64,000 nt of DNA from Desulfobacterales bacterium. Lineage in GTDB: Bacteria > Desulfobacterota > Desulfobacteria > Desulfobacterales > UBA5852. The position numbers were made by a program, and so were the translations under genes. The stretch covers positions 832,001 through 896,000 of the forward strand of contig CAXXVS010000003.1 in NCBI GenBank assembly GCA_963674755.2, written 5' to 3'. The notes under the pieces were generated by a model. It was given only the letters and a program-made list of their open reading frames with translations. It ran no database searches and was not told the origin of the DNA. Positions 1 to 10,239 of this stretch are shown piece after piece (position 1 is the stretch's first letter; every line of letters begins with the position of its first letter).

Positions 1-255
1 TGGAACGACGCCAAGGCCAACCAATTCCCGCCCCGCAAATGCTTCCAGATCGCCCTGGCCCACACCACCCTGCTCTGGCTGCTGATTCTGGGCAGTTTTG
101 CCGTATTCGGCATCACGACCATGAAATCCGGCAGTTTCCTGATCGGACTCCTGGTCATGGCCGTGTGGGTGGTGGTCCTGATTCTGCTGATCATGAAGCT
201 TGGCAACAGCATGCCGGTCAGGGCCAGGGACCGCCAAGACGACCGGCAGACCTGA
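1..255 (+). CDS. 3' end of a membrane protein (partial, runs off window start)
   Basis: Frame +1 open from base 1 to TGA at 253-255: WNDAKANQFPPRKCFQIALAHTTLLWLLILGSFAVFGITTMKSGSFLIGLLVMAVWVVVLILLIMKLG..., two hydrophobic helices. Confidence 0.7.
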   Translation, partial: WNDAKANQFPPRKCFQIALAHTTLLWLLILGSFAVFGITTMKSGSFLIGLLVMAVWVVVLILLIMKLGNSMPVRARDRQDDRQT

Positions 256-329
256 GCCGCTGCCCTCGGCGCCATTGACAGGTCGCGTTTTGCAAAAGAC
301 GGAAAAGCTGAAAGACCCGGGAGGGAATC

Positions 330-698
330 GTGTCTGATCTAAGCCACCTGAAGATCGATCAAAGCATCAAGGACCGCAAGGCCCTGCACCTGAAATTTCT
401 GAAGCATGTCAAAACCTACAAACCCTTCCTCGAGGTGGAAGAGAAAGCCTTCCGCAACGGCGCCCTGGACAAGAAGACCAAGGAGCTCATGGCGCTGGCC
501 ATATCCATCGTGACCAAATGCGAACCTTGCATGGAATGGCATCTGGACCAGGCACTGCAAGGCGGCGCCCGGGACGAGGAAATCTACGAAACCATTGACG
601 TGGCCATCGAAATGGGCGGCGGCCAGGCCGGTGCCTATGCCCGGTTCGTCTTCAAGGCTATGGAATACTTCAAGGCGGAACACCGGAAGCGCCCCTGA
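330..698 (+). CDS. Carboxymuconolactone decarboxylase/AhpD-family protein
   Basis: GALDKKTKELMALAISIVTKCEPCMEWH motif with CxxC; GGAGG RBS before GTG. Confidence 0.9.
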   Translation: MSDLSHLKIDQSIKDRKALHLKFLKHVKTYKPFLEVEEKAFRNGALDKKTKELMALAISIVTKCEPCMEWHLDQALQGGARDEEIYETIDVAIEMGGGQAGAYARFVFKAMEYFKAEHRKRP

Positions 699-1142
699 TC
701 GCTTTGGCCCGCAAGCAATCCTTGACATAGCGCTTCGGGCCATTTAAGCCATAAGGCAAGTTTTTCTTCTGACGGACCGAATCAGTCCCTGCAATCTTCA
801 CCCCTTGCGCCACCCATGATTCGGCCCCAATATGTGGCATGACAACACTGTTCAGAGCGGCGGCATGAAGGGGTGTGCGCGGTTGGTTCCCGCAGGGGCA
901 CCGGCTCTCCAGGCGGGTAAATTTCCTGACAGCCGCGGCCCATGCGAATGAGCCTGCCGGGTGGGCTCAATTGACCGAATCGATACACAATTGCGCGGCA
1001 TGCCGGGCGGAGCCGCCGCTGGCACAAAGATTACGGCGCATGGTTCCGAATGCCGTGGTCCCAGGGGCGGCCGGCACGGCGTTCCCCTTGAACCGGGATC
1101 TTCCCACCCGCTGACAAACACCGAACCGGCAGAGCGTTTTCA

Positions 1143-2177
1143 ATGACATCCAAGACATCTGCAGACAGCCGGACCGTTTACGACACCTTCCACATGGGAC
1201 GCTCCTGCATGGACCTCTACAGCAACGACGTGGGGGCGGACTTTGTGGACATCAAAAGCTTTGCTGCCTATGTGGGCGGATCGCCCACCAACATGAGCGT
1301 CGGCTGTCGCCGCCTGGGGCTGCAATCGGCCCTGCTGACCGCGTTCGGCGAAGACCCGGTGGGGGATTTTGTGGTGCATTTCCTCACGGCCGAAGGCGTC
1401 GACGTCCGGTACTGCCCCCGCAAGAGGGGCCACAACACCAGCCTGGTGGTCCTGGGTATCGAACCACCGGACAAATTCCCTTTGGTCTTTTACCGGGACA
1501 ATTGCGCCGACATGGCCCTGGAGATTGCGGATGTCGAGGCGGCACCGCTGGCCGCCTGCCGTGTCTTCCAGTTCGCCGGCACCAATCTGAGCCGCGAACC
1601 CAGCCGCAGCGCCACCCTGCATGCGGCGGAAACGGCCCGCCGGGCCGGCGCGGATGTTATCCTGGATCTCGATTTCCGGCCGGACCAATGGCACGACCCG
1701 TGCGCTTACGGGATCACCATCCGATCCGTGCTGCCGGGGGTGGACATCGTGCTGGGAACCGAGGACGAGATCAATGCGGCCCTACTTACCGATCCCCGGG
1801 CCATGCGGATGACCGACAGCCAGCTGACCGATGTCCGGGTGGCCGGGGACAGCGCGCGGCACGTGCAGGCCATTCTGGATTGCGGTCCCGGCCTGGTGGT
1901 GGAAAAACGCGGCAAACAGGGTTGTCGCCTCCACCGGCGCGGCCAGCCGGCCGAAGACGTGCCGGGCTTCAAGGTGCAGGTCCAGAATATCCTGGGGGCC
2001 GGGGACGCCTTCGGGGCGGGTTTTTTGTACGGACACGCCAAGGGCTGGGAACTTTACAAAGCCGCCCGCCTGGGCAATGCCTGCGGGGCCCTGGTGGCGG
2101 CCCGCCATGGGTGCGCGGTCTCCATGCCCACCCTGGACGAGGTGATGGCCTTTGTGGACGGGCAGGGCGGGCTCTGA
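1143..2177 (+). CDS. iolC: 5-dehydro-2-deoxygluconokinase (PfkB family)
   Basis: MGRSCMDLY...YVGGSPTN and LDLDFRP motifs; PfkB signature GAGDAFGAGF. Confidence 0.8.
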   Translation: MTSKTSADSRTVYDTFHMGRSCMDLYSNDVGADFVDIKSFAAYVGGSPTNMSVGCRRLGLQSALLTAFGEDPVGDFVVHFLTAEGVDVRYCPRKRGHNTSLVVLGIEPPDKFPLVFYRDNCADMALEIADVEAAPLAACRVFQFAGTNLSREPSRSATLHAAETARRAGADVILDLDFRPDQWHDPCAYGITIRSVLPGVDIVLGTEDEINAALLTDPRAMRMTDSQLTDVRVAGDSARHVQAILDCGPGLVVEKRGKQGCRLHRRGQPAEDVPGFKVQVQNILGAGDAFGAGFLYGHAKGWELYKAARLGNACGALVAARHGCAVSMPTLDEVMAFVDGQGGL

Positions 2178-2248
2178 CCACCGGACGCCTCCAACGCCTT
2201 GAACACGAACACCTAAAGATTTCTGATATCACAGGGAGTGACGACACG

Positions 2249-3103
2249 ATGCCGAGTTCCATTGCCGAGCGGTTCGATCTGTCCGGCCGGGTGGCCGCGA
2301 TTACCGGTGCCGGGGGCGCCCTGTGCGGCGCCATGGCGGATGCCCTGGGCGCGGCCGGCGTCAAGGTGGCCGTGATCGACATCGATCCGGACAAAGCCGA
2401 CACCCGGGTGCGGGCGATCGAAGCCGCAGGCGGGACGGCCCAGGCCCTGGCCTGCGACGTGCTGGATGCGGCGGCGCTCAAAGACGGCTGCCGGACGGTT
2501 TGCGAGCGCTGGGGCGCGCCCGATTTTCTGATCAACGGGGCCGGCGGCAACGATCCCCGGGGGAGCACCTCCATCGAGTTCCACCCGGTGGAGGCCGGTC
2601 TGCCGCCGGAGGCGCGCTCCTTCTTCGATCTGGAAGGGCCGGATTTCCAGCGGGTGTTCAACCTCAATTTCATGGGCGCCTTTCTGGCTTCCCAGGCCTT
2701 CGGCCGGGAGATGGTCGCCCGGGGAGGCGGCGCCATCCTCAACATGTCCTCCATGAGCGCCTTTACGCCCCTGACCAAAATACCCGCCTATTCCGCCGCC
2801 AAGGCGGCCCTCAGCAACTTCACCCGGTGGCTGGCGGTCCACTTTGCGCACACTGGCGTGCGGGTCAACGCATTGGCGCCGGGCTTCTTCATGACCGAAC
2901 AGCTCAAATTCCTGCATATCGACCGGGAAACCGGCGAGTTGCTGCCCCGGGCGCAAAAAGTGATCGCCCACACCCCCATGGGGCGCTACGGCCAGCCGGA
3001 CGACCTGATCGGCGCCATGGTCTGGCTGCTCTCGGATGCATCCAGCTTTGTGACAGGCACGGTGGTGCCCATCGACGGCGGGTTTTCATCTTACACGATT
3101 TGA
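2249..3103 (+). CDS. SDR oxidoreductase, D-mannonate oxidoreductase (UxuB)-like
   Basis: [20 protein letters not shown] and HTPMGRYG motifs; start reset to ATG 2249 after GGGAG RBS because the upstream part of the 533-aa ORF overlaps iolC. Confidence 0.85.
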   Translation: MPSSIAERFDLSGRVAAITGAGGALCGAMADALGAAGVKVAVIDIDPDKADTRVRAIEAAGGTAQALACDVLDAAALKDGCRTVCERWGAPDFLINGAGGNDPRGSTSIEFHPVEAGLPPEARSFFDLEGPDFQRVFNLNFMGAFLASQAFGREMVARGGGAILNMSSMSAFTPLTKIPAYSAAKAALSNFTRWLAVHFAHTGVRVNALAPGFFMTEQLKFLHIDRETGELLPRAQKVIAHTPMGRYGQPDDLIGAMVWLLSDASSFVTGTVVPIDGGFSSYTI

Positions 3104-3155
3104 GCCGCCGCCCTGGGCGGGGGTCGATCGCAACATCGTAAAAGAGGCAGGTGAC

Positions 3156-4259
3156 GTGGCCAGCGTAACCCTGAAGAATATCGTCAAGCGCTTCAAGACG
3201 GTGACGGCCGTCGACGATCTTTCCATCGCCATCCAGGACCGGGAGTTCGCCGTCCTGGTGGGGCCTTCCGGGTGTGGTAAAACCACGGCCTTGCGCATGA
3301 TCGCCGGGCTGGAGAAGGAGACCGCGGGTGAGATTTTCATCGGCGACCGCAGGGTGAACGACGTCTCCCCCAAAGACCGGGACATCGCCATGGTGTTCCA
3401 GAACTATGCGCTCTATCCCCATATGAACGTCCGGGACAATCTGGGTTTCGGCTTGAAGATGCGCAAGTTCGCCCCCGATGAGATCGAGCGGCGGGTTAAG
3501 GAGGCGGCCGATATCCTGGGGATCCACGACCTGCTGGACCGAAAGCCCAAGCAGCTCTCGGGCGGCCAGCGCCAACGGGTGGCGGTGGGGCGGGCCATCG
3601 TGCGCAAGCCCAAAGTCTTCCTCTTCGACGAGCCGCTCTCCAACCTGGACGCCAAACTGCGGGTGGCCATGCGGGCCGAGATCAGCAAGCTCCACCGACG
3701 TCTGGGGGCGACCATCATCTATGTCACCCATGACCAGGTGGAGGCCATGACCATGGCCAGCCGGATCTTCATCATGCACGACGGCGCCCTGCAGCAATCC
3801 GGTATCCCGCTGGAGGTCTACAAACAGCCGGCCAACCGCTTCGTGGCCGGCTTCATTGGATCGCCGGCCATGAACTTCATGGACGCCACCCTGGCGGCGG
3901 AGCAAGACGCCTACTTCGTCCGTTCCGAGCATTTCAACGTTCGTCTCCCGGAGACCTTTCACGACCGGGTGGCGGCCTACGCCGGCCGACCGGTCATCTT
4001 CGGCGTGCGTCCTGAAGATATGGCGGAGCATACGGAAGCCGTGTCCGAGATCGAGGACGACGCCCTTGCGGCGCGTGTCGAGGTGGTGGAGACCCTGGGG
4101 GCGGAAACCCTGGTCCACCTGACCTGCGGTGACCAGACCCTGGTAGCCCGGGTGGCGGTTCCGGACCATCCCCTGACCGTGGGGCAGACAATGCAGGTGC
4201 GCCTGAAAATGGAGAAGACCCATCTGTTCGACCACGAGACGTCCCGGACCATTGTGTGA
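3156..4259 (+). CDS. Sugar ABC transporter ATP-binding subunit (MalK/UgpC type)
   Basis: Walker [18 protein letters not shown] signature, [12 protein letters not shown]-terminal TOBE-like region. Confidence 0.95.
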   Translation: MASVTLKNIVKRFKTVTAVDDLSIAIQDREFAVLVGPSGCGKTTALRMIAGLEKETAGEIFIGDRRVNDVSPKDRDIAMVFQNYALYPHMNVRDNLGFGLKMRKFAPDEIERRVKEAADILGIHDLLDRKPKQLSGGQRQRVAVGRAIVRKPKVFLFDEPLSNLDAKLRVAMRAEISKLHRRLGATIIYVTHDQVEAMTMASRIFIMHDGALQQSGIPLEVYKQPANRFVAGFIGSPAMNFMDATLAAEQDAYFVRSEHFNVRLPETFHDRVAAYAGRPVIFGVRPEDMAEHTEAVSEIEDDALAARVEVVETLGAETLVHLTCGDQTLVARVAVPDHPLTVGQTMQVRLKMEKTHLFDHETSRTIV

Positions 4260-4393
4260 GACACTGCGGTGCAGGAAAAGATTCGAGAGCGTCGCGGGGG
4301 GCCGCCGCGTAGCAAAGGAACCCATAAGACCCGCCGCGCGCGGTTATCGATAGACCACAACCAACGTTTCTCAATCCTCAAAGGAGGTCGCGC

Positions 4394-5698
4394 ATGCAAA
4401 AGAAAATGCTGTACATCCTGATGGGCGCCCTGTTGTGTGCGGGCATGGTGTCGACGGCGGTGGCCGGCAGTGTCGATTGGATGCAGAGTAAGGGAACGGA
4501 GATCCGCTTCCTGATGAACAAGCATCCTTTCACCACCTATATCGAGCCCAAGGTGGCGGAGTTCGAAAAGATGACCGGCATCAAGGTCAACCTGGAGGTT
4601 TTCCCGGAGGATCAATTCCGCAACAAGCGCATGATCGAACTCAACGCCGGCGGCACGGTGGACGGTTACATGATCATGCCGGGCCAGGCCAAGCTGCACT
4701 ACTGGAAGGCAGGCTGGCTCAAGCCCCTGGATGACTATATCGCCGATCCCGCCTTGACCGAGGCCGGTTGGGATGTGAAGGATTTCTTCGCGGGTCCCAT
4801 GAAGGGGTCCTCCATCGACGGCAAACGGATCGGTATCGTGATCAACGCCGAAGCCTCCCTGCTGTCCTACCGCAAGGATCTCTTCGAGCGCTTCAAGGTC
4901 AAGGTGCCCGAAACCATGGAGGAGCTGGAAGCGGCGGCCAAATTCTTCAACGGCAAGGACGTGGACGGCAAGACCATGGTCGGCATCACCCTGCGCGGCA
5001 AGGGGGCGGCGGCCACCTCCCAATGGGTGGATTTCCTTTACAGTTTTGGCGGTTCCTGGACCAATGCCCAGGGCAAATCCAACCTGGATTCGCCCGCCAG
5101 CATCGCGGCCTTCAAATTCTACGGCGATCTGCTGCGCAACTACGGCCCCAAGGGCGCCACCATGCTGCACTGGTCCGAGAGCACCTCCATCTTCATGGAG
5201 GGCAAGGCCGCCATGATCTTCGATGCCAATGTCTTCAAGTCGCTTTACGAAAATCCGAAGGAGTCCAAGGTGGCCGGCAAGGTCGGCTACACCACGATTC
5301 CTGCCGGACCGGCCGGCAAGGTGCCCCACGTCTCCAACTGGAGTCTGGCTATCAGCGGCACCAGCACCCCCGAACGCCAGAAGGCAGCCTGGCTGTTCGT
5401 CCAGTGGGCCACCAATAAGGAAAACGAGCTGGGGGCGCTCATGGCTGGCGTGCCGGCCGGCCGGGCCTCCGCCTGGAACTCGCCGGAATATAAAGCCCAG
5501 GACAAGAATCCGGACTGGACAGCCGCCTCCCTGAAGTCATTCGAGATCGGCCAGCCCCAGTGGAATCCGCCCGTATTGAACGTTCCTGAAATCCGGGATA
5601 TCACCGGCCTCGTGATCGTGGACGCCATCGAGGGCAAGGACGTGGCGGCGGCCGCCAAGAAAGCGGCGCAGGAAATGAACAAGAAAATGGAACTCTAA
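4394..5698 (+). CDS. Sugar ABC transporter substrate-binding protein (CUT1)
   Basis: Signal peptide; FEKMTGIKVNLE, YRKDLF, PETMEEL and AWLFVQW motifs; AAGGAGG RBS. Confidence 0.93.
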   Translation: MQKKMLYILMGALLCAGMVSTAVAGSVDWMQSKGTEIRFLMNKHPFTTYIEPKVAEFEKMTGIKVNLEVFPEDQFRNKRMIELNAGGTVDGYMIMPGQAKLHYWKAGWLKPLDDYIADPALTEAGWDVKDFFAGPMKGSSIDGKRIGIVINAEASLLSYRKDLFERFKVKVPETMEELEAAAKFFNGKDVDGKTMVGITLRGKGAAATSQWVDFLYSFGGSWTNAQGKSNLDSPASIAAFKFYGDLLRNYGPKGATMLHWSESTSIFMEGKAAMIFDANVFKSLYENPKESKVAGKVGYTTIPAGPAGKVPHVSNWSLAISGTSTPERQKAAWLFVQWATNKENELGALMAGVPAGRASAWNSPEYKAQDKNPDWTAASLKSFEIGQPQWNPPVLNVPEIRDITGLVIVDAIEGKDVAAAAKKAAQEMNKKMEL

Positions 5699-5756
5699 CC
5701 ATCCTACCTTCCCTGGGCTGCCGGACAATTGGCGGCCCAGGGGGGCAGCGAGGTCT

Positions 5757-6650
5757 ATGAAGACGATCGCCGCCAAATTTTCCGATATCATCGATCGCCG
5801 CCAGGCCCTGTTTTACCCGGCCCCGGCCGTGATCGCGCTGTTTCTGATCGTGGTCATTCCCATCGGGTACAATCTCTATCTGGCCTTTACCAAATGGACC
5901 ATCGGCCTGGGGTCGCCGCGTTTTATCGGCCTGGACAATTTCATCGAGATCTTCCAGGACGACCGCGTCTGGAACGGTCTCATGGTGATGATCTATTTCA
6001 GCGGTCTCAGCCTGACCCTCGAGCTGGTGCTGGGACTGCTCATTGCGCTCTACTTCCACCGCCAGTTCAAAGGCAGTGAAGTCGTGCAGGCCATCTACAT
6101 CTTCCCCTTTGCGGCCACGCCGGTGGCCGTGGCCCTGATCTGGCGCATCATGCTGAACCCCGAGATCGGGGTCATGAACTACCTGCTCAATAGCATCGGC
6201 CTGCCCGGCAGCCTGTGGGTCAGCAGCGCCGCGACGGTCATCCCGTCCCTGGTGCTGGTGGACGTGTGGAAATGGACCCCCATGATCACCCTGATCGTCC
6301 TGGCCGGCCTCAAGTCGCTGCCCCAGGATCCTTACGAGGCGGCCCGCATCGACGGGGCCAATACCCTGCAGATCTTCTGGTACATCACCCTGCCATTGAT
6401 CCGGCCGGTGCTGATCGCGGCCTTGATGCTGCGCTCCCTGGACAATCTCAAAGAATTCGATACGATCTATACCATCACCCAGGGGGGGCCGGGGATCGCC
6501 TCCGAGACGCTCTACCTCTACTCCTACAACGTGGGCTTCAGTTTTTTCAAAGCCGGCTACGGGTCGGCCCTGATGGTGGTGGTCTTCCTGATCGTGCTGG
6601 TGTTCAACGTGGTGATGAATCGCATGCGCCTCAGTGCGCAGGATATCTGA
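5757..6650 (+). CDS. Sugar ABC transporter permease 1
   Basis: FIGLDNF, EAA loop YEAARIDGA, multiple TM helices. Confidence 0.95.
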   Translation: MKTIAAKFSDIIDRRQALFYPAPAVIALFLIVVIPIGYNLYLAFTKWTIGLGSPRFIGLDNFIEIFQDDRVWNGLMVMIYFSGLSLTLELVLGLLIALYFHRQFKGSEVVQAIYIFPFAATPVAVALIWRIMLNPEIGVMNYLLNSIGLPGSLWVSSAATVIPSLVLVDVWKWTPMITLIVLAGLKSLPQDPYEAARIDGANTLQIFWYITLPLIRPVLIAALMLRSLDNLKEFDTIYTITQGGPGIASETLYLYSYNVGFSFFKAGYGSALMVVVFLIVLVFNVVMNRMRLSAQDI

Positions 6651-6683
6651 CAAGCGCCGGCCGCCGTGGGGTGGCCGGGAAGG

Positions 6684-7520
6684 ATGGCGATGAACGACAA
6701 CCACCGTACGGCCAACTTTCTGAAAACGGCGCTCTTCTATACGGGGGCCATCCTGCTGTGCCTGCCGCCGGTCTTCGTTTTCGTCTGGATGATCCTGACG
6801 GGACTCAAGACCGGGGTCCAGAACATCGCCTATCCGCCCCAGTTCATTTTCTCCCCGACCCTGGAAAATTTCCGGGCGGTTTTTGAGCAGTACAACTTCT
6901 TCCAGTACCTGCTCAACAGCCTGATCGTGGCCGGCCTGGCCACCGGCGTTTCGCTGCTGCTGGGCCTGCCGGCGGCCTATTCCATCGCCAAATACCGCCA
7001 GGGACGGATCGGGATCCTCATCCTGGTGGCGCGCATGACGCCCTTCGTGAGCTATCTGCTGCCCTGGTACATCATCTTCCGCTACCTGAACCTGATCGAC
7101 ACCTATACGGCCCTGACCATCACCCATCTGATCATCACCCTGCCCATGGTGATCTGGCTGATGATTTCCTTTTTTGAAAGTGTGCCGGGAGAGTTGGAGG
7201 ACGCGGCCATGATCGATGGGTGCACGGCCTTCCAAAGCTTCCGGATCATCGTGCTGCCCCTGGTGCGCAACGGCATTGCCACCTCGGCCATCATTTCGTT
7301 TATCTTCTCGTGGAACCAGTTTCTGTTCTCGCTGATTCTCTCCGGCCCCAAAACCAAGACCGTGCCCGTGGCCGTCTACAACTTCATCTCCTACGGCAAG
7401 ATCGACTGGGCCGGTATCGGCGCGGCTGCCACCCTGATCGTCCTGCCGGTTTCGGTGTTCGCCTTTTTCGTGCGCAAGAGCATCGTCCAGGGGTTGACCA
7501 TGGGCGCCTTGAAGGACTAG
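6684..7520 (+). CDS. Sugar ABC transporter permease 2
   Basis: PTLENF, EAA loop ELEDAAMIDGC, SWNQF, GLTMGALK terminus. Confidence 0.95.
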   Translation: MAMNDNHRTANFLKTALFYTGAILLCLPPVFVFVWMILTGLKTGVQNIAYPPQFIFSPTLENFRAVFEQYNFFQYLLNSLIVAGLATGVSLLLGLPAAYSIAKYRQGRIGILILVARMTPFVSYLLPWYIIFRYLNLIDTYTALTITHLIITLPMVIWLMISFFESVPGELEDAAMIDGCTAFQSFRIIVLPLVRNGIATSAIISFIFSWNQFLFSLILSGPKTKTVPVAVYNFISYGKIDWAGIGAAATLIVLPVSVFAFFVRKSIVQGLTMGALKD

Positions 7521-7541
7521 CGGCCAAGCGCATACGATACG

Positions 7542-8126
7542 ATGACCTTGGAACGCGATCCCTCCCAAGACAGGAACTTCACAGCGCTGCTCGGCAAATT
7601 CCAGGCGGCCCTGCCGGGCGTGCGCCAATGGGTGGAAGACACCCTGCACGCCACCCGCGAACAAGCCATTACGGTTGACAGCAGCACATATCCCCGGCTT
7701 GCGCAAGCATTCCCGCCAACGCTGCTGAACCGGGCTCGCTGCATCGTCGTGGCGGGCAATCCCCCCTTTCCGCCCTTGAGCCGCATGGGTCTGCCGGAAT
7801 TCGCCGCCTTTGAAGCCATGCCCATTTCAGGCATTACCTACCGGAATCACTTCTTTGTGAGGGACGGCCGGCAAAGCGAGAGCCTCTATTTTCACGAGAT
7901 GGTCCATGTGGTGCAGTGGGACCGGCTGGGTGTCGAGCGCTTCCTGATGGTCTATGGCGTGGGGCTGATGCAGAGCGGATACCGCGACAGCCCGCTGGAG
8001 GCCATGGCCTATGAACTGCAAAGGCATTTCGATGACGACCGGCTCCCCGGGGACCTCGTGGCCCTGATCGAAAAGGAGTCGGACCGGATCTGGGCGCACG
8101 TGGCCTCCCTGCTAACCTCCTTATAG
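7542..8126 (+). CDS. Hypothetical protein with HExxH zinc-metallopeptidase-like motif (DUF4157-like)
   Basis: GITY...FHEMVHVVQW...PLEAMAY pattern. Confidence 0.65.
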   Translation: MTLERDPSQDRNFTALLGKFQAALPGVRQWVEDTLHATREQAITVDSSTYPRLAQAFPPTLLNRARCIVVAGNPPFPPLSRMGLPEFAAFEAMPISGITYRNHFFVRDGRQSESLYFHEMVHVVQWDRLGVERFLMVYGVGLMQSGYRDSPLEAMAYELQRHFDDDRLPGDLVALIEKESDRIWAHVASLLTSL

Positions 8127-8174
8127 CGTCCCGGCCGCAGCTATTGCGTTCCGGGAAAACACGGGAACCAACCG

Positions 8175-8540
8175 ATGGAATACAAGGCTGTCAATCTAAG
8201 GGAAAAATTCGCCGCGTTTTCCGACCAATGGGCACCGAAGATCATCGCCCGCATGAACGACTACCATTTCAAGCTCGTCAAATTCGAGGGAGACTTTATC
8301 TGGCATCGTCATGAGGATACGGACGAAGTATTTGTGGTCATCGAAGGTGAGATGTCCATCGTTTTCCGCGACGGTGCCGTGCTCCTGAAAGCCGGCGAAT
8401 TATTCGTGGTTCCGCAGGGGGTCGAGCACAAACCCTGTGCAGCGCAGGAATGCAAGGCCCTGCTGGTCGAACCCGCCGGAACACGGAACACGGGGAGCGC
8501 CGGCGGACAAAGGACGGCGGATGACAATGTCTGGGTGTGA
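8175..8540 (+). CDS. Cupin domain protein
   Basis: FIWHRHEDTDEVF...GELFVVPQGVEHKP cupin motifs. Confidence 0.9.
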   Translation: MEYKAVNLREKFAAFSDQWAPKIIARMNDYHFKLVKFEGDFIWHRHEDTDEVFVVIEGEMSIVFRDGAVLLKAGELFVVPQGVEHKPCAAQECKALLVEPAGTRNTGSAGGQRTADDNVWV

Positions 8541-8945
8541 CCCGCAGGCGCCCTTCCCATCCCGCAGAAATCCTCCGCCATTAAGGTCCGATCCTGCCGT
8601 TCAACAGACGTGAGGCAGAGCAGCAACCCGGCCCTTCCTCCATGCCGGGTCGATATTTATACGATGTGCCCACTACCGGCGCTCGAGCCCCTGCTGTTTC
8701 CGTATCACTTCCTCCAAAACAGATACCCCGTCAGGCAAGCCAAACCGCGCGCGCGAACTCTTCCCAAGCCGCCGTTCCGGACAGGGATCCGACCCGAACC
8801 GGACGGTCAGTCACCCTGTCATTCAGCCTCACAGGGGAGGGCGAAATTCAATGGTGACAGGGCCGCTAATCGTGATCACATTGCTTCCATGGGTTTTTCA
8901 GACAAGGACCCTGTCTAACCACCGGAGACGTGGAAAGGATTTGCA

Positions 8946-9038
8946 ATGGACCGCAACACCCTGCAGGATCGTGCGGCAGGTGCCCTCATGGGGGCTTTCA
9001 CCGGCGATGCTCTGGGGATGGGACCTCACTGGTACTAG
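8946..9038 (+). pseudogene. Truncated ADP-ribosylglycohydrolase N-terminus (30 codons)
   Basis: AAAGGA RBS then MDRNTLQDRAAGALMGAFTGDALGMGPHWY*; GxxxGDAxG is the ARH/DraG N-terminal motif; not in the ORF track. Confidence 0.7.
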
Positions 9039-9053
9039 GAAAGGAGAGCATGA

Positions 9054-10076
9054 ATGGATATCCAAGCACTCAGATCGACCGCCCGCCGCCTGGTGGCCAA
9101 AGGCAAAGGGATTCTGGCGGCTGACGAAAGCAGCCCCACCATCAAGAAGCGCTTCGACACCATCCAGGTGGCCTCCACGGAAGACAATCGGCGCGCCTAT
9201 CGCGAGCTGCTCTTTACGGCCGAAGGGGTGGAGGAGGCCATCAGCGGCGTCATCCTGTTTGACGAAACGCTTCGCCAGAAGGCCTCCGACGGCCGGCCGT
9301 TCCCCGAAGTACTCGCCGGACGCGGCATCATCCCGGGCATCAAGGTGGACAAGGGGGCCAAGCCCATGGCCGGTTTCCCGGGGGAGAAGATCACCGAGGG
9401 GCTCGACGGGCTGCGGGAGCGGCTCAACGAATACCGGGAACTGGGGGCGCGCTTTGCCAAGTGGCGGGCGGTCATCACCATTGCCCATGCCCTGCCCAGC
9501 CCGACGAACCTCCAGGCCAATGCCCACGCCCTGGCGCGCTATGCGGCCCTTTGCCAGGAGGCCGGCCTGGTGCCCATCGTGGAGCCGGAGGTGCTCATGG
9601 ATGGGGATCACGACATCGCGCGCTGCGAAGTCGTCACGGCCCGCACCCTGCGGGCGGTGTTCGATGAACTGTTCCATCAGGGGGTGGATCTGGAAGGGAT
9701 GCTGCTCAAGCCCAACATGGTGATCTCGGGCCTGGCCTGCCCGGAGCAGGCCCCCGTGGAAACCGTGGCGCAGCGTACTGTCGATTGCTTTCGGCGGGTG
9801 GTGCCGGCGGCCGTGCCCGGTATCGTGTTTCTTTCGGGCGGCCAGAGCTCACAGGTCGCCACCGCCCATCTCAACGCCATGAACGCCCTGGGCGGCCATC
9901 CCTGGGAGCTTTCCTTCTCTTACGGCCGGGCCCTCCAGGAAGATACCCTCAAGACCTGGCAGGGGAAACCCGACCGGGTCGGCCAGGCCCAAAACGTCTT
10001 CCACCACCGGGCCCGCTGCAACTCCGCCGCCCGTTACGGGGAATACCGGGAAGCCATGGAAGCCGAGGCCGTCTGA
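9054..10076 (+). CDS. Class I fructose-bisphosphate aldolase (eukaryote-like type)
   Basis: GKGILAADES, GIKVDKG, AKWR, VPIVEPE, LLKPNM Schiff-base Lys, FLSGGQS, FSYGRALQ. Confidence 0.95.
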   Translation: MDIQALRSTARRLVAKGKGILAADESSPTIKKRFDTIQVASTEDNRRAYRELLFTAEGVEEAISGVILFDETLRQKASDGRPFPEVLAGRGIIPGIKVDKGAKPMAGFPGEKITEGLDGLRERLNEYRELGARFAKWRAVITIAHALPSPTNLQANAHALARYAALCQEAGLVPIVEPEVLMDGDHDIARCEVVTARTLRAVFDELFHQGVDLEGMLLKPNMVISGLACPEQAPVETVAQRTVDCFRRVVPAAVPGIVFLSGGQSSQVATAHLNAMNALGGHPWELSFSYGRALQEDTLKTWQGKPDRVGQAQNVFHHRARCNSAARYGEYREAMEAEAV

Positions 10077-10239
10077 AGCGCTCCGGAGAGGGACGCGGCA
10101 ACGTGGCGCAGGCCGCTGCTTCTAAAACGGGCGGCAGAACAGGACCCACGGCGGCCTTGAACGTAATCCGCCGCCCGGCAGCTTTCTTGCAGCCGGGCGG
10201 CGGCATTGACGTTTGCCTTCTGGTACTTCCCTAGGCGGT

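Noticed and set aside
700..1142. Possible ncRNA or sigma54 promoter upstream of iolC
   Set aside because: TGGCACAAAGATTAC lacks the -12 GC; stems are present but match no tRNA, SRP or riboswitch pattern I recognise
1502..2248. N-terminal 249 aa of the 533-aa SDR ORF
   Set aside because: Overlaps iolC in another frame and has low-complexity Arg/Gly/Pro composition; the SDR has its own RBS and ATG at 2249
5601..7706. 701-aa minus-strand ORF and similar long antisense ORFs (2904-4325, 3977-5329, 14896-16446)
   Set aside because: Mirror frames of well-supported genes
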